Positions 1 to 8,911 of a stretch of 64,000 bases of DNA are shown piece by piece; position 1 is the stretch's first letter, and each line of letters opens with the position of its first letter. The stretch spans positions 1-64,000 of the forward strand of contig JBEKCB010000011.1 of assembly GCA_050015075.1 (NCBI GenBank), written 5' to 3'. Source of the DNA: Candidatus Brocadiia bacterium. Lineage in GTDB: Bacteria > Planctomycetota > Brocadiia > CAIUPP01. A program made the translations under genes and the position numbers. The notes under the pieces are model-generated. The model searched no databases. It had not been told where the DNA came from and saw nothing but the letters and a program-made list of their open reading frames with translations.

Positions 1-897
1 CCGCGCGAAGCGCAGCGTGACCGCCTTCGGCTGAAAGGGCGCGGCCCACGCGTCGAGCAGCCCTTCAGCGGGGGTCCCGCCGGCGACTTTCTGGATGAGG
101 TGCAGCGCGCGCCGCGACGCCCACTCGGTCTGGACCGGGTCCACGCCGCGCTCGAAGCGGTACGAGGAGTCCGAGGCCAGCGCCAGCGCGCGCGAGGTGC
201 GGCGGATCTGCGTGTTCTCGAACTGCGCGCTCTCGAGCAGCACGTTGACCGTGCGGTCCGAGATCTCCGTGTCGAGGCCGCCCATGATGCCGGCGACGGC
301 GACGGGGCGCTCCGCGTCGGCGATGACGAGCATCGCCGGGTTGAGCTTGCACTGTGCGCCGTCAATCGAGACCATCGTCTCGGCTTCGGCGGCGCGCCGG
401 ACGACGATGCGCCCGCCGCGGAGTTTGTCGAAGTCGAACGCGTGCAGCGGCTGGCCGCACTCGAACATCACGTAGTTCGTCACGTCCACGACGTTGTTGA
501 TGCAACGCAGGCCGATGGCTTCGAGCCGCCGCTGCAGCCAGTCCGGCGAGGGGCCGATCTTGACGCCGCGGATCAGCCGCGCGGTGTACCGCGGGCAGAG
601 CGCCGGGTCGAGGACCTGGACCGACGAGGCCGACGCGACCTTTTCCTCGCCGCAGGCGAAGCCGGCTTCCGGAATGTGCAGCGGGGCGCCGCTCAACGCG
701 GAGACCTCGCGGGCGATGCCCAGGATGCCCAGGAGGTCCGGCCGGTTCGAGGTGATCTCCGCCACGAGCAGGGCGTCGTCGCCGAGGCTGTGGATCTCCT
801 CGACGAGCGTGCCGGACATGCTGAGCCGGCGCGCGAGTTCCTCGGGCAGGAGTTCGCACGGGCAGTAATCGCGCAGCCAGTTATACGTCAGTTTCAT
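1..897 (-). CDS. pheT: Phenylalanine--tRNA ligase beta subunit (5' part; runs off the window), short form lacking the B2 OB domain
   Basis: Manual translation from the ATG at 897: MKLTYNWLRDYC...VAEITSNRPDLLGILGIARE...NNVVDVTNYVMFECGQPLHAFD; lies directly downstream of pheS. Confidence 0.95.
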   Translation of the reverse strand, partial: MKLTYNWLRDYCPCELLPEELARRLSMSGTLVEEIHSLGDDALLVAEITSNRPDLLGILGIAREVSALSGAPLHIPEAGFACGEEKVASASSVQVLDPALCPRYTARLIRGVKIGPSPDWLQRRLEAIGLRCINNVVDVTNYVMFECGQPLHAFDFDKLRGGRIVVRRAAEAETMVSIDGAQCKLNPAMLVIADAERPVAVAGIMGGLDTEISDRTVNVLLESAQFENTQIRRTSRALALASDSSYRFERGVDPVQTEWASRRALHLIQKVAGGTPAEGLLDAWAAPFQPKAVTLRFAR

Positions 898-935
898 CGC
901 CAGACTTCTTTGCCGCGGGTTTAACGAAAAACGTT

Positions 936-1052
936 TTTTGCCACGGATTGCACGGATTTCCACGGATTACCGGCAACGGACTCCAAAGGCCTGAACTGCC
1001 TTTATCTTCATTTTCCGGTAATCCGTGGCCATCCGTGAAATCCGTGGCAAAA
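936..1052. repeat. Inverted tandem-repeat hairpin, CACGGAT-based unit
   Basis: 936-973 TTTTGCCACGGATTGCACGGATTTCCACGGATTACCGG is near-complementary to 1015-1052. Confidence 0.9.
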
Positions 1053-1060
1053 ATGACTTT

Positions 1061-2155
1061 TCAAAACTGCCGCAGGAAACGCAAGTCGTTTTCGAGGAAC
1101 AGGCGCAGGTCGTCTATGCCGTACTTGAGCATGGCGATGCGCTCGACGCCCATGCCGAAGGCGAAGCCGGTGTAGCGCTCGGAGTCGTAGCCGACGCATT
1201 GGAACACGTTCGGGTCCACCATGCCGGCGCCGAGGATCTCGATCCAGCCTCCGCGTTTGCAGATCGGGCAGCCCTGGCCGCCGCAGGCGAAGCAACTGAC
1301 GTCCATCTCGACGCTCGGCTCCGTGAAGGGGAAGAAGCTCGGGCGGAACCGCGTCCGGACGTCGGGCCCGTACAGGCCGCGCGCGAATTCGTGGAGGACG
1401 TATTTCAGGTCGGCCATCGTGACGCCCTCATCCACGACGAGCCCTTCGAGCTGGTGGAAGAGGAAGCCGTGCGTGGCGTCCACGGTGTCCGGCCGGTAAA
1501 CGCGGCCGGGCGCGATGACGCGCACGGGCGGCCGGCGCTTTTCCATCACGCGGATCTGCACCGTGCTGGTCTGGCTGCGCAGGAGCACGTCGTCGTGCAG
1601 GAAGAACGTGTCGAAGGCATCGCGCGCGGGATGGTCCTTCGGGATGTTGAGCGCCTCGAAGTTGTAGTAGTCGCGCTCGACCTCGGGGCCGAAGGCGACC
1701 TCGAAGCCGAGCCGCATGAAGATGTCCTTGATCGCCTCGACGGTCTGCGTGAGCGGGTGCAGCCGCCCGCGCGGCGGCTGGCGGCCGGGGAGCGAGAAGT
1801 CGAAGCCGGATTTCTCGACCGCGGGCGCCGCGGCCAATGCGGCTTCGCGGGCGCCCAGGGCGCTCTCGAGGCTGTTGCGCGTCTCGTTGAAGGCGCGGCC
1901 GAGCTCTCGGCGCTCAACCGGGTCCGCGCGGCCCATGGCCGCCGAGATATCTCTCAGCGCGCCGCTGCGGCCGAGCAGCCGGACGCGCAGCTTGCCGACC
2001 TCGTCGAGCGAAGGAGCCGCTGCAATTTCCTTTAGCCACTGCTGCTGAAGCTCCTGCAGGCGCAGGACCGTCAGAGGCGGCGGCGCCGAGGCCTGCGGCG
2101 GGCAAGCCGGCGCTTTCTCGGGCTCATTGGCAGTCGGCAGTTGATCGTTGTCCAT
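1061..2155 (-). CDS. pheS: Phenylalanine--tRNA ligase alpha subunit
   Basis: NFEALNIPKDHPARD, LLRSQTS, FHQLEGL, FRPSFFPFTEPS, GFAFGMGVERIAM motifs. Confidence 0.98.
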   Translation of the reverse strand: MDNDQLPTANEPEKAPACPPQASAPPPLTVLRLQELQQQWLKEIAAAPSLDEVGKLRVRLLGRSGALRDISAAMGRADPVERRELGRAFNETRNSLESALGAREAALAAAPAVEKSGFDFSLPGRQPPRGRLHPLTQTVEAIKDIFMRLGFEVAFGPEVERDYYNFEALNIPKDHPARDAFDTFFLHDDVLLRSQTSTVQIRVMEKRRPPVRVIAPGRVYRPDTVDATHGFLFHQLEGLVVDEGVTMADLKYVLHEFARGLYGPDVRTRFRPSFFPFTEPSVEMDVSCFACGGQGCPICKRGGWIEILGAGMVDPNVFQCVGYDSERYTGFAFGMGVERIAMLKYGIDDLRLFLENDLRFLRQF

Positions 2156-2197
2156 TCGGGTTCGTCTTTTTCAAATCGCCTTTTGCAATCGCCCGGC

Positions 2198-2554
2198 TCA
2201 GGCCAGCGCGGCTTTGGCCCTGGCGACGACCTGGTCGAAGCCAGTGGGATCGCTGCCGGCGATCTCGGCGAGGAGTCTGCGGTCAATCGTGATCTTGGCT
2301 TTCTTCAGCCCTTCGATGAACCGGCTGTACGTCAGCCCGCGTTCGCGGACGGCGGCGTTGAGGCGGACAATCCAGAGCGCGCGGAAGTTGCGCTTGCGCT
2401 GCTTGCGGTCGCGGGTGGAGTAGCGCATCGCGCGCGCGACGGTCTCTTTGGCCGTGCGCAGCAGCTTGCGGCGCCCACCGAAATATCCCTCCGCGGCCTT
2501 GAGGATGCGCTTGCGCTGACGGCGCGAGGCCGCTCCCTTGGTAGCTCTCGGCAT
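2198..2554 (-). CDS. rplT: 50S ribosomal protein L20
   Basis: MPRA...RDRKQRKRNFRALWIVRLNAA...YSRFIEGL; conserved operon position. Confidence 0.98.
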   Translation of the reverse strand: MPRATKGAASRRQRKRILKAAEGYFGGRRKLLRTAKETVARAMRYSTRDRKQRKRNFRALWIVRLNAAVRERGLTYSRFIEGLKKAKITIDRRLLAEIAGSDPTGFDQVVARAKAALA

Positions 2555-2580
2555 GAATGGCTCCTTCGTAAAAAAGCTTT

Positions 2581-2660
2581 TTTGACCGCGAAAGCGCGAA
2601 AGCGCGAAAGAATTAATTCAAATTTTTCGTTTTTCGCGTTTTCGCGCTTTCGCGGTCAAA
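2581..2660. repeat. Inverted tandem-repeat hairpin, CGCGAAAG unit
   Basis: TTTGACCGCGAAAGCGCGAAAGCGCGAAA ... TTTCGCGTTTTCGCGCTTTCGCGGTCAAA. Confidence 0.9.
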
Positions 2661-2692
2661 CTAAATTGCTTCGCCGTTTTGCGTTCCGGCGG

Positions 2693-2890
2693 TCACTCGA
2701 GGGTGAGCATCCTGCGAATCGTCTTCATGTTCGTCTTGTCTATCTGGACGACCCGGCCCAGCCGGCGGCGGCGGGCGCTGTTCTTGGAGGCCATCAGGTG
2801 GCCCTTGTTGGCCTGCCGGCGGATGATCTTGCCGGTGGCGGTCACTTTGACGCGCTTGAGCAATCCTTTATGCGGCTTGAGCTTGGGCAT
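2693..2890 (-). CDS. rpmI: 50S ribosomal protein L35
   Basis: MPKLKPHKGLLKRVKVTATGKI; between infC and rplT. Confidence 0.97.
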   Translation of the reverse strand: MPKLKPHKGLLKRVKVTATGKIIRRQANKGHLMASKNSARRRRLGRVVQIDKTNMKTIRRMLTLE

Positions 2891-2912
2891 TGGGCGATCC
2901 TTACTTTAAAAT

Positions 2913-3004
2913 TGACGATAGACGATGGACGATAGACCGCGGACGAGAGATGGACGATATACCAGCGAGCTGAACCATGGTCCAGCGTCTCTCGTCTATC
3001 GTCA
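2913..3004. repeat. Inverted tandem-repeat hairpin, GACGAT(A/G) heptamer
   Basis: TGACGATAGACGATGGACGATAGAC... followed by ...CTCGTCTATCGTCA. Confidence 0.85.
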
Positions 3005-3009
3005 CGCCT

Positions 3010-3513
3010 CTACTTCTTGACGAGCACCACGCCGATCCGGCGGCCTTCCATCGCGGGCGCGCGCTCGGGTTTGGCGATGTCCTTCAGCTCGGTGACGAAC
3101 CGCTCGAGCACGGCCATGCCCAGTTCGGAATGGGCCATTTCGCGGCCGCGGAAGAAGACATTGACGATCACGCGGTCGCCTCGCTCGATGAAGCCGCGGG
3201 CCTGTTTCACGCGCACGAGCAGGTCGTGCTCTTCGGTCTTCGGCCGCAGGCGCAACTCTTTAATCTGCGGCGCGTGATGGTGATGCACCTGCTGGCGCTT
3301 TTTCTGCTCGTACTTGTACTTGCCGTAATCAATGATCTTGGCCACAGGAGGGTCCGCCTCCGGCGATACGAGCACCAGGTCCAGCCCGGCCTCTTCGGAG
3401 AGCCGGCGCGCTTCCTCGATCGGCTGAATGCCCAACTGCTCGCCGGCCTCGCCGATCAGCCGCACTTGCGGCACAACAATCCGTTCGTTGATTCTAAGTT
3501 CTTTGGTCGCCAC
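3010..3513 (-). CDS. infC: Translation initiation factor IF-3
   Basis: RINERI..VRLI..GEQLGI, LDLVLVS..ADPPVAKIIDYGKYKYE, FRGRE; start codon uncertain (GTG). Confidence 0.97.
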   Translation of the reverse strand: MATKELRINERIVVPQVRLIGEAGEQLGIQPIEEARRLSEEAGLDLVLVSPEADPPVAKIIDYGKYKYEQKKRQQVHHHHAPQIKELRLRPKTEEHDLLVRVKQARGFIERGDRVIVNVFFRGREMAHSELGMAVLERFVTELKDIAKPERAPAMEGRRIGVVLVKK

Positions 3514-3564
3514 AAACCTCCCTCTTTGCTAAAAAGTAGACCCACATGAAAACCGGCCCAGATC

Positions 3565-5559
3565 CTATGTCTTTTCCTCGACTTCCCTCTTCAGGCGCTC
3601 AATGAATTGTTCAACGGTCACCACGCTCTGCGAACCGGTCTTGCGGTCGCGCACGGAGACCATGTTTCCGGCGGCCTCTTTCGCGCCGACGACGGCCATG
3701 AACGGGACTTTGTCCATGGTGGCCTGGCGGATCTTCGCGCCGATCTTCTCGTTGGCGGAATTGATCTCGGCCCGGAAGCCGGCCGCGCGCAACTGGGCGA
3801 GCACGCTGCCGGCGTAGTCGGCCTGCGCCTCGCCGATGGGCAGCACGCGCACCTGCTCCGGCGCGAGCCACAGCGGAAACGCGCCGGCGTAGTGCTCGAT
3901 CAGGATGCCGACGAACCGCTCGAACGCGCCGAGCGGCGCGCGATGCACCATCACCGGCCGGTGCGCCGCGTTGTCCGCGCCGATGTACTCCAGCCCGAAC
4001 CGCTCCGGCAAGTTGTAATCCACCTGCACCGTCCCGAGCTGCCATTCGCGGCCGATGCAGTCGCGCACGATAAAGTCAATCTTCGGCCCGTAGAAGGCCG
4101 CCTCGCCGACGGCTTCGACGACATTCATCTCGAGCCGCTTCACGATGTGCCGCAGGTTCTGCTCCGCCTTCGCCCAGTTCTCCGGCGAGCCGACGTACTT
4201 GTCCGACTTCGGGTCGCGCAGGCTCACGCGCACGACGACGTCGGTCAGGCCGAGCGTCGTCAGCATGAGCTTGGTCAGTTCGACGCACGAGGCGATTTCG
4301 CCCTCGAGCTGATCGGGCGTGCAGAACAGGTGCGCGTCGTCCTGCGTGAAGCCGCGGACGCGGATCATCCCGTTGAGTTCGCCGGACTGCTCGAAGCGGT
4401 ACACCGTGCCGAACTCCGCCAGCCGCAGCGGCAGGTCGCGGTAGCTGTGCGGGCTCGCCTGGTAAATCTGGATGTGGTGCGGGCAGTTCATCGGCTTGAG
4501 CAGGTAGCCGTCCACCTCGCCCTTCTCCATCCGGTTGCAGAGCGTCGCGCAGGAGCAGTTCTCCTTGGAGAGCAGTTCGAGCGTCTCGCGCTCGACGATG
4601 GGCGGATACTGCGAATCCTGGTAATACGGGTAATGGCCGCTGGTGCGGTACAGGCCGAGCTTGCCGATGTGCGGCGTGTAGACGTTCTGATAGCCGCGCT
4701 TGCGCAGCTCGGTACGGATCCAGTTCTCCAGTTCGCCGCGGATCACGGCGCCCTTGGGCATCCAGAGCACCAGGCCCGGGCCGACGACGTCGCTGATATG
4801 GAACAACTGCAACTGCTTGCCGAGGACGCGGTGGTCGCGCTTGCGCGCCTCCTCGAGCTGCTTCAGGTAATCGTCGAGCGCCTGCTGCGTCCAGAACGCG
4901 GTGCCGTAGATGCGCTGGAGCATCGCGTTGCACTCGTCGCCGCGCCAGTACGCGCCGGCCACGTTGAGCAGTTTGAAGGCGGCGCCGCAGGCGCCGGTGC
5001 CCGGCAGGTGCGGGCCGGCGCAGACGTCGGTGAACGAGCCGCTCGAGTAGAAGCTGACGCGATCCTCCTCGAAGCCCTCGATCAGTTCGGTCTTGTACGG
5101 CTGCCCCGCGGACTCCATCTTCCAGTGCGCCTCGGCGCGCGGGAGTTCGAAGCGCTTGAACGGCGCGTTCTCCGCGACGACGCGCTTCATCTCCGCCTCG
5201 ATCCGCGCGAGGTCCTCGGGCGTGAATTTATGCTCCAGGCCGAAATCGTAGTAGAAGCCGGTCTCGATCGCCGGCCCGATCGCCAGCTTCACGTCCGGAA
5301 ACAGCCGTACGATGGCGGCGGCCATGACGTGTGAGAGGCTGTGGCGGAGGAGTTCAACGGATTCCGGCGATTCGCGGGTGATCGGTGTGATCACCGCGCC
5401 GGCCGGCACGTCCGAGGAAAGGTCGCCGACCTTGCCGTTGACCAGCGCGGCCACGGCATCGGCGGCCATCTCAGGCGCCGCGGACTGAATCACCTGGGCG
5501 ACGGTCCCGCCGTCCGGCGCGGGCCGGCGGCTGCCGTCTGCAAGGACAATTGTGGACAT
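3565..5559 (-). CDS. thrS: Threonine--tRNA ligase
   Basis: LRHSLSHVMA, RDHRVLG, LKPMNCPHH, RVRGFTQDDAH, AFYGPKID, VMVHRA motifs. Confidence 0.99.
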   Translation of the reverse strand: MSTIVLADGSRRPAPDGGTVAQVIQSAAPEMAADAVAALVNGKVGDLSSDVPAGAVITPITRESPESVELLRHSLSHVMAAAIVRLFPDVKLAIGPAIETGFYYDFGLEHKFTPEDLARIEAEMKRVVAENAPFKRFELPRAEAHWKMESAGQPYKTELIEGFEEDRVSFYSSGSFTDVCAGPHLPGTGACGAAFKLLNVAGAYWRGDECNAMLQRIYGTAFWTQQALDDYLKQLEEARKRDHRVLGKQLQLFHISDVVGPGLVLWMPKGAVIRGELENWIRTELRKRGYQNVYTPHIGKLGLYRTSGHYPYYQDSQYPPIVERETLELLSKENCSCATLCNRMEKGEVDGYLLKPMNCPHHIQIYQASPHSYRDLPLRLAEFGTVYRFEQSGELNGMIRVRGFTQDDAHLFCTPDQLEGEIASCVELTKLMLTTLGLTDVVVRVSLRDPKSDKYVGSPENWAKAEQNLRHIVKRLEMNVVEAVGEAAFYGPKIDFIVRDCIGREWQLGTVQVDYNLPERFGLEYIGADNAAHRPVMVHRAPLGAFERFVGILIEHYAGAFPLWLAPEQVRVLPIGEAQADYAGSVLAQLRAAGFRAEINSANEKIGAKIRQATMDKVPFMAVVGAKEAAGNMVSVRDRKTGSQSVVTVEQFIERLKREVEEKT

Positions 5560-5665
5560 CCGTTTCCCTAGTTTCCAGGAAATGCCCTGGATTCATGCCG
5601 CCTGCGGGACAGGGAAACCCCTTTGGCGGCGAAAGCAACAACTTCTTTCACCACGACGGCTTGTT

Positions 5666-5754
5666 TTCACCACGACGACACTACGGGCACGACGCACGAA
5701 TTTTCCTATCCAGGACGGCGTCGTACGTAGTGCTCGTTGTGCCGTCGTGGTGAA
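5666..5754. repeat. Inverted tandem-repeat hairpin, CACGACG-type 8-nt unit
   Basis: TTCACCACGACGACACTACGGGCACGAC ... GTAGTGCTCGTTGTGCCGTCGTGGTGAA. Confidence 0.8.
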
Positions 5755-5767
5755 CGCCGTCTCCTGA

Positions 5768-5844
5768 TGGTGGGCGATACTGGGCTCGAACCAGTGACCT
5801 CCAGCTTGTCGAGCTGGCGCTCTAGCCAACTGAGCTAATCGCCC
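5768..5844 (-). tRNA. tRNA-Val (GAC)
   Basis: GGGCGAT acceptor stem, D arm AGCTCAGTTGGCTAGAGC, anticodon arm CCAGC-TCGACAA-GCTGG, GGTTCGAG T loop, encoded CCA. Confidence 0.97.
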
Positions 5845-5864
5845 GGCTAAATTCCTATCGTGGA

Positions 5865-5893
5865 ATCTTAGCAAACCGGGCGCTGACAGTCAA
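5865..5893 (-). promoter_or_regulatory. sigma70-type promoter for tRNA-Val/thrS
   Basis: TTGACT-N17-TAAGAT on the minus strand. Confidence 0.65.
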
Positions 5894-5911
5894 CGGCGCA
5901 TGAGCGGCGCT

Positions 5912-6089
5912 TCGTCCTCGTCCTCGTCGTCGTCCTCGTCCTCGAACGGGCTTTCAGTATCTCTGAGGGCGAACTTCGCTTCGGTTGTGCCTTGACCGAC
6001 GGGCCTTGGCAGATTATGTTAGCCTGGCTGCGCATGATTGAATCGAGGACGAGGACGAGGACGAGGACGATAACGATGACGAGGACGAT
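5912..6089. repeat. Inverted hexamer arrays (GTCCTC)n / (GAGGAC)n enclosing a putative promoter (TTGACC-N17-TATGTT, 5992-6020)
   Basis: Direct inspection; arrays at 5912-5946 and 6042-6089. Confidence 0.85.
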
Positions 6090-6111
6090 ACCTAATGCGG
6101 AGGATCCAACC

Positions 6112-6390
6112 ATGGTGACGGCATTCGTGCTGATCTCGGCGAAGCGCGACTTGATCCAGGAAACGGCGCAGGCGCTGAGCGCGCTGGAGGGCGTTGCGGA
6201 GGTGTACTCCGTCGCGGGGCCGTTCGACATCGTGGCGGTGATCCGCGTGCGCACAAACGAGGAACTGGCCGACCTGGTCACCGGCCACCTGCTCAAGGTC
6301 AAAGGAATCGAGCGGTCCGAAACGCTGATCGCGTTCCGCGCCTTCTCGAAATTCGACCTGGAGCGGATGTTCTCGATCGGTATGGAGTAG
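6112..6390 (+). CDS. Lrp/AsnC ligand-binding (RAM) domain protein, stand-alone
   Basis: MVTAFVLI...GVAEVYSVAGPFDIVAVIRV...GIERSETLIAF; GGAGG RBS upstream. Confidence 0.9.
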   Translation: MVTAFVLISAKRDLIQETAQALSALEGVAEVYSVAGPFDIVAVIRVRTNEELADLVTGHLLKVKGIERSETLIAFRAFSKFDLERMFSIGME

Positions 6391-6486
6391 GCGATGGTTG
6401 CGAGACCGGGCCAGATCGTCGTACAATAAACAGGCTAGCAGACGCGACATTCCCGTCGTGCCCAGACTCCGGAGGCCAGTCGCAAA

Positions 6487-7326
6487 GTGTTCACAGTCCG
6501 AGAAAAACAGCAACTCGCGCCGAACATTTACCGGATGAAAGTGCTCGCGCCGAAAATCGCGCAGAAACGGAAGGCGGGCCAGTTCGTCATCCTGCGGGTG
6601 AGCGAGACCGGCGAGCGCTTTCCGCTGACCATCGCGGATTCGGACCCGGCCGCCGGGACGATCACGATCATCTTCCAGGTCGCCGGGCGCAGCACGACGA
6701 TCCTCGGCGCGCTCAAGGTGGGCGAGGAGATTCTCGACCTGGTCGGCCCGCTCGGCCAGCCGACGCACGTTGAAAAAGTCGGCCACGTGGTCTGCATCGG
6801 CGGCGGCGTCGGCATCGCGCCGGTCTACCCGATCATCTGCGCCATGAAGGCCGCCGGCAACCGCGTGACGAGCATCATCAGCGCGCGCTCGAAGGACCTG
6901 CTGATCCTGGAAGAGGACATGCGCAGCCACTCCGACGAGTTGAAGATCGCCACCGACGACGGCTCGTATGGGATCAAGGGCTTCCCGACCCAGATCCTCC
7001 AGGCGATGATGGACGCGAAGGAGAAGATTGACCTGGTCGTCGCCGTCGGCCCGGTGCCGATGATGCGCGCGATCTGCCAGGTCACGAAACCGGCCGGCCT
7101 CAAGACGATGGTGAGCCTGAACCCGATCATGGTGGATGGCACCGGCATGTGCGGCGGCTGCCGCGTGAGCGTGGCCGGCAAGACGCGGTTCGTGTGCGTG
7201 GACGGGCCGGAGTTCGACGGCCATGAGGTGGATTTCGACCTCCTCGCCAAGCGCCTGCGCACGTACACGGACATGGAGAAGCAGTCGCTGCAGGCGCATG
7301 TTTGCAAGGCCACGGCGAACGGATGA
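6487..7326 (+). CDS. nfnA: NfnA / sulfide dehydrogenase beta-like FAD/NAD-binding 2Fe-2S subunit
   Basis: GQFVILRV..GERFPLTI, GGGVGIAP, SLNPIMVDGTGMCGGCRV, FVCVDGPEFDGH; paired with a GltD-like gene; TTGCGA-N18-TACAAT at 6398-6427. Confidence 0.9.
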   Translation: MFTVREKQQLAPNIYRMKVLAPKIAQKRKAGQFVILRVSETGERFPLTIADSDPAAGTITIIFQVAGRSTTILGALKVGEEILDLVGPLGQPTHVEKVGHVVCIGGGVGIAPVYPIICAMKAAGNRVTSIISARSKDLLILEEDMRSHSDELKIATDDGSYGIKGFPTQILQAMMDAKEKIDLVVAVGPVPMMRAICQVTKPAGLKTMVSLNPIMVDGTGMCGGCRVSVAGKTRFVCVDGPEFDGHEVDFDLLAKRLRTYTDMEKQSLQAHVCKATANG

Positions 7327-7437
7327 TTTGTGACTTCTGATTTCTGAATACTGATTTCTGATGTACGCTATCGGACGCGCGGCGCCGGGGAAATCAGTAA
7401 ATCAGAAATCAGAACTCAGATATCAGAAATCAGAAAT
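7325..7437. repeat. Inverted heptamer arrays (TGATTTC)n / (GAAATCA)n
   Basis: Direct inspection between nfnA and nfnB. Confidence 0.9.
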
Positions 7438-7466
7438 TGCCGTTCCGCCTCTTCAGGACGAGAAAA

Positions 7467-8882
7467 ATGGCCGATCAGGTCAGTTCAAAGAAACGCGCCC
7501 CGCGGCAGAAAATGCCTGAGCAGGCTCCGGCGGAACGCGTGAAGAATTTCCGCGAGGTGCCGTTCGGGTATTCGGCCGAGACGGCGCGGACCGAGGCCGC
7601 GCGCTGCCTGCAGTGCAAGAACGCTCCGTGCCGCGCGGGCTGCCCGGTCGAGGTCAAAATCCCCGAGTTCATCCAGCGCATCCGCGAGGGCGATTTCATC
7701 GGCGCCGCGCGGATGATCAAGGCCGACAACGCGCTCCCGGCGGTCTGCGGCCGCGTCTGCCCGCAGGAGGACCAGTGCGAGAAATTCTGCCTCCTCGGCA
7801 AGAAGGGCGAGCCGGTGGCGATCGGCCGGCTCGAGCGATTCGCGGCCGACTGGGGACTCGAACATCCGGACACCGAGCGGCCGACGGTCGCGCCGCCGAC
7901 GGGCCGGCGCGTCGCGGTCGTCGGGGCCGGGCCGGCCGGGCTGACTTGCGCCGGCGACCTCGCCCGCATGGGCTATCGCGTGACGGTCTTCGAGGCTTTC
8001 CATAAGGCCGGCGGCGTGCTGGTTTACGGCATTCCGGAGTTCCGGCTGCCCAAGGCGATCGTTCAGGCCGAGGTGGACGCGCTGAAAAAGCTGGGCGCGG
8101 AGATCGAGCTGAACTCCGTCATCGGCAAGCTCGACACGGTGGACGACCTGCTCGCGGAAGGCTTCGACGCGGTGTTCATCGGCACCGGCGCGGGGCTGCC
8201 GAATTTCATGGGCATCCCCGGCGAGAACCTCGGCGGCGTGTATTCGGCCAACGAGTACCTCACGCGGTCGAACCTGATGAAGGCGTACCGCTTCCCGGAG
8301 TACGATACGCCGATCATCCGCAGCCGGCGCGTCGCGGTCGTCGGCGGCGGGAACGTGGCGATGGACTCCGCGCGGACGGCCGTGCGGCTCGGCGCGGAGG
8401 AGGTCCTCCTGGTCTACCGGCGCTCGCGCGAGGAGATGCCCGCGCGCATCGAGGAAGTCCACCATGCGGAAGAGGAGGGCGTCCGTTTCGAGATGCTCAC
8501 GAATCCCATCGAGATCCTCGGGAACGAGAAGGGCCTAGTTCGCGGCCTGCGCTGCCTCCGCATGCGGCTCGGCGAACCGGACGCGTCCGGGCGGCGGCGG
8601 CCGATCCCGATCGAGGGCTCGGAGTTCGAGTTCGAGCTCGACACGGTCATCGTGGCCATCGGGAACACGCCGAACCCGCTGATTCCGAAAACGACGCCCG
8701 ACCTCAAGGTCGGCTCGCACGGCACGATCGAGGCGGACCGCGAGACGGGGCAGACTTCCAAGTCGCGCGTCTTCGCCGGCGGCGACATCGTGACCGGCGC
8801 GGCAACCGTGATCGAGGCCATGGGCGCCGGCAAACGCGCCGCGCGCGCGATCCACGCGATGTTGTCGAACGAAGGAAAATAG
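7467..8882 (+). CDS. nfnB: NfnB / GltD-like NADPH-dependent FAD, 4Fe-4S oxidoreductase
   Basis: EAARCLQC..PC..GCP, CGRVCPQEDQCE, GAGPAG, YGIPEFRLPK, GGGNVAMD, FAGGDIVTGAATVIEAM. Confidence 0.88.
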   Translation: MADQVSSKKRAPRQKMPEQAPAERVKNFREVPFGYSAETARTEAARCLQCKNAPCRAGCPVEVKIPEFIQRIREGDFIGAARMIKADNALPAVCGRVCPQEDQCEKFCLLGKKGEPVAIGRLERFAADWGLEHPDTERPTVAPPTGRRVAVVGAGPAGLTCAGDLARMGYRVTVFEAFHKAGGVLVYGIPEFRLPKAIVQAEVDALKKLGAEIELNSVIGKLDTVDDLLAEGFDAVFIGTGAGLPNFMGIPGENLGGVYSANEYLTRSNLMKAYRFPEYDTPIIRSRRVAVVGGGNVAMDSARTAVRLGAEEVLLVYRRSREEMPARIEEVHHAEEEGVRFEMLTNPIEILGNEKGLVRGLRCLRMRLGEPDASGRRRPIPIEGSEFEFELDTVIVAIGNTPNPLIPKTTPDLKVGSHGTIEADRETGQTSKSRVFAGGDIVTGAATVIEAMGAGKRAARAIHAMLSNEGK

Positions 8883-8911
8883 CGCCCAGGGCAGCGCAAC
8901 AGGAGATCGCT

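Noticed and set aside
5992-6111. RTRTRT N-terminal extension of the Lrp/AsnC protein
   Set aside because: It is a translation of the GAGGAC array; the RBS supports the ATG at 6112
7467-8882. Glutamate synthase small subunit call
   Set aside because: No gltB large subunit nearby; pairing with an NfnA-like gene indicates NfnAB
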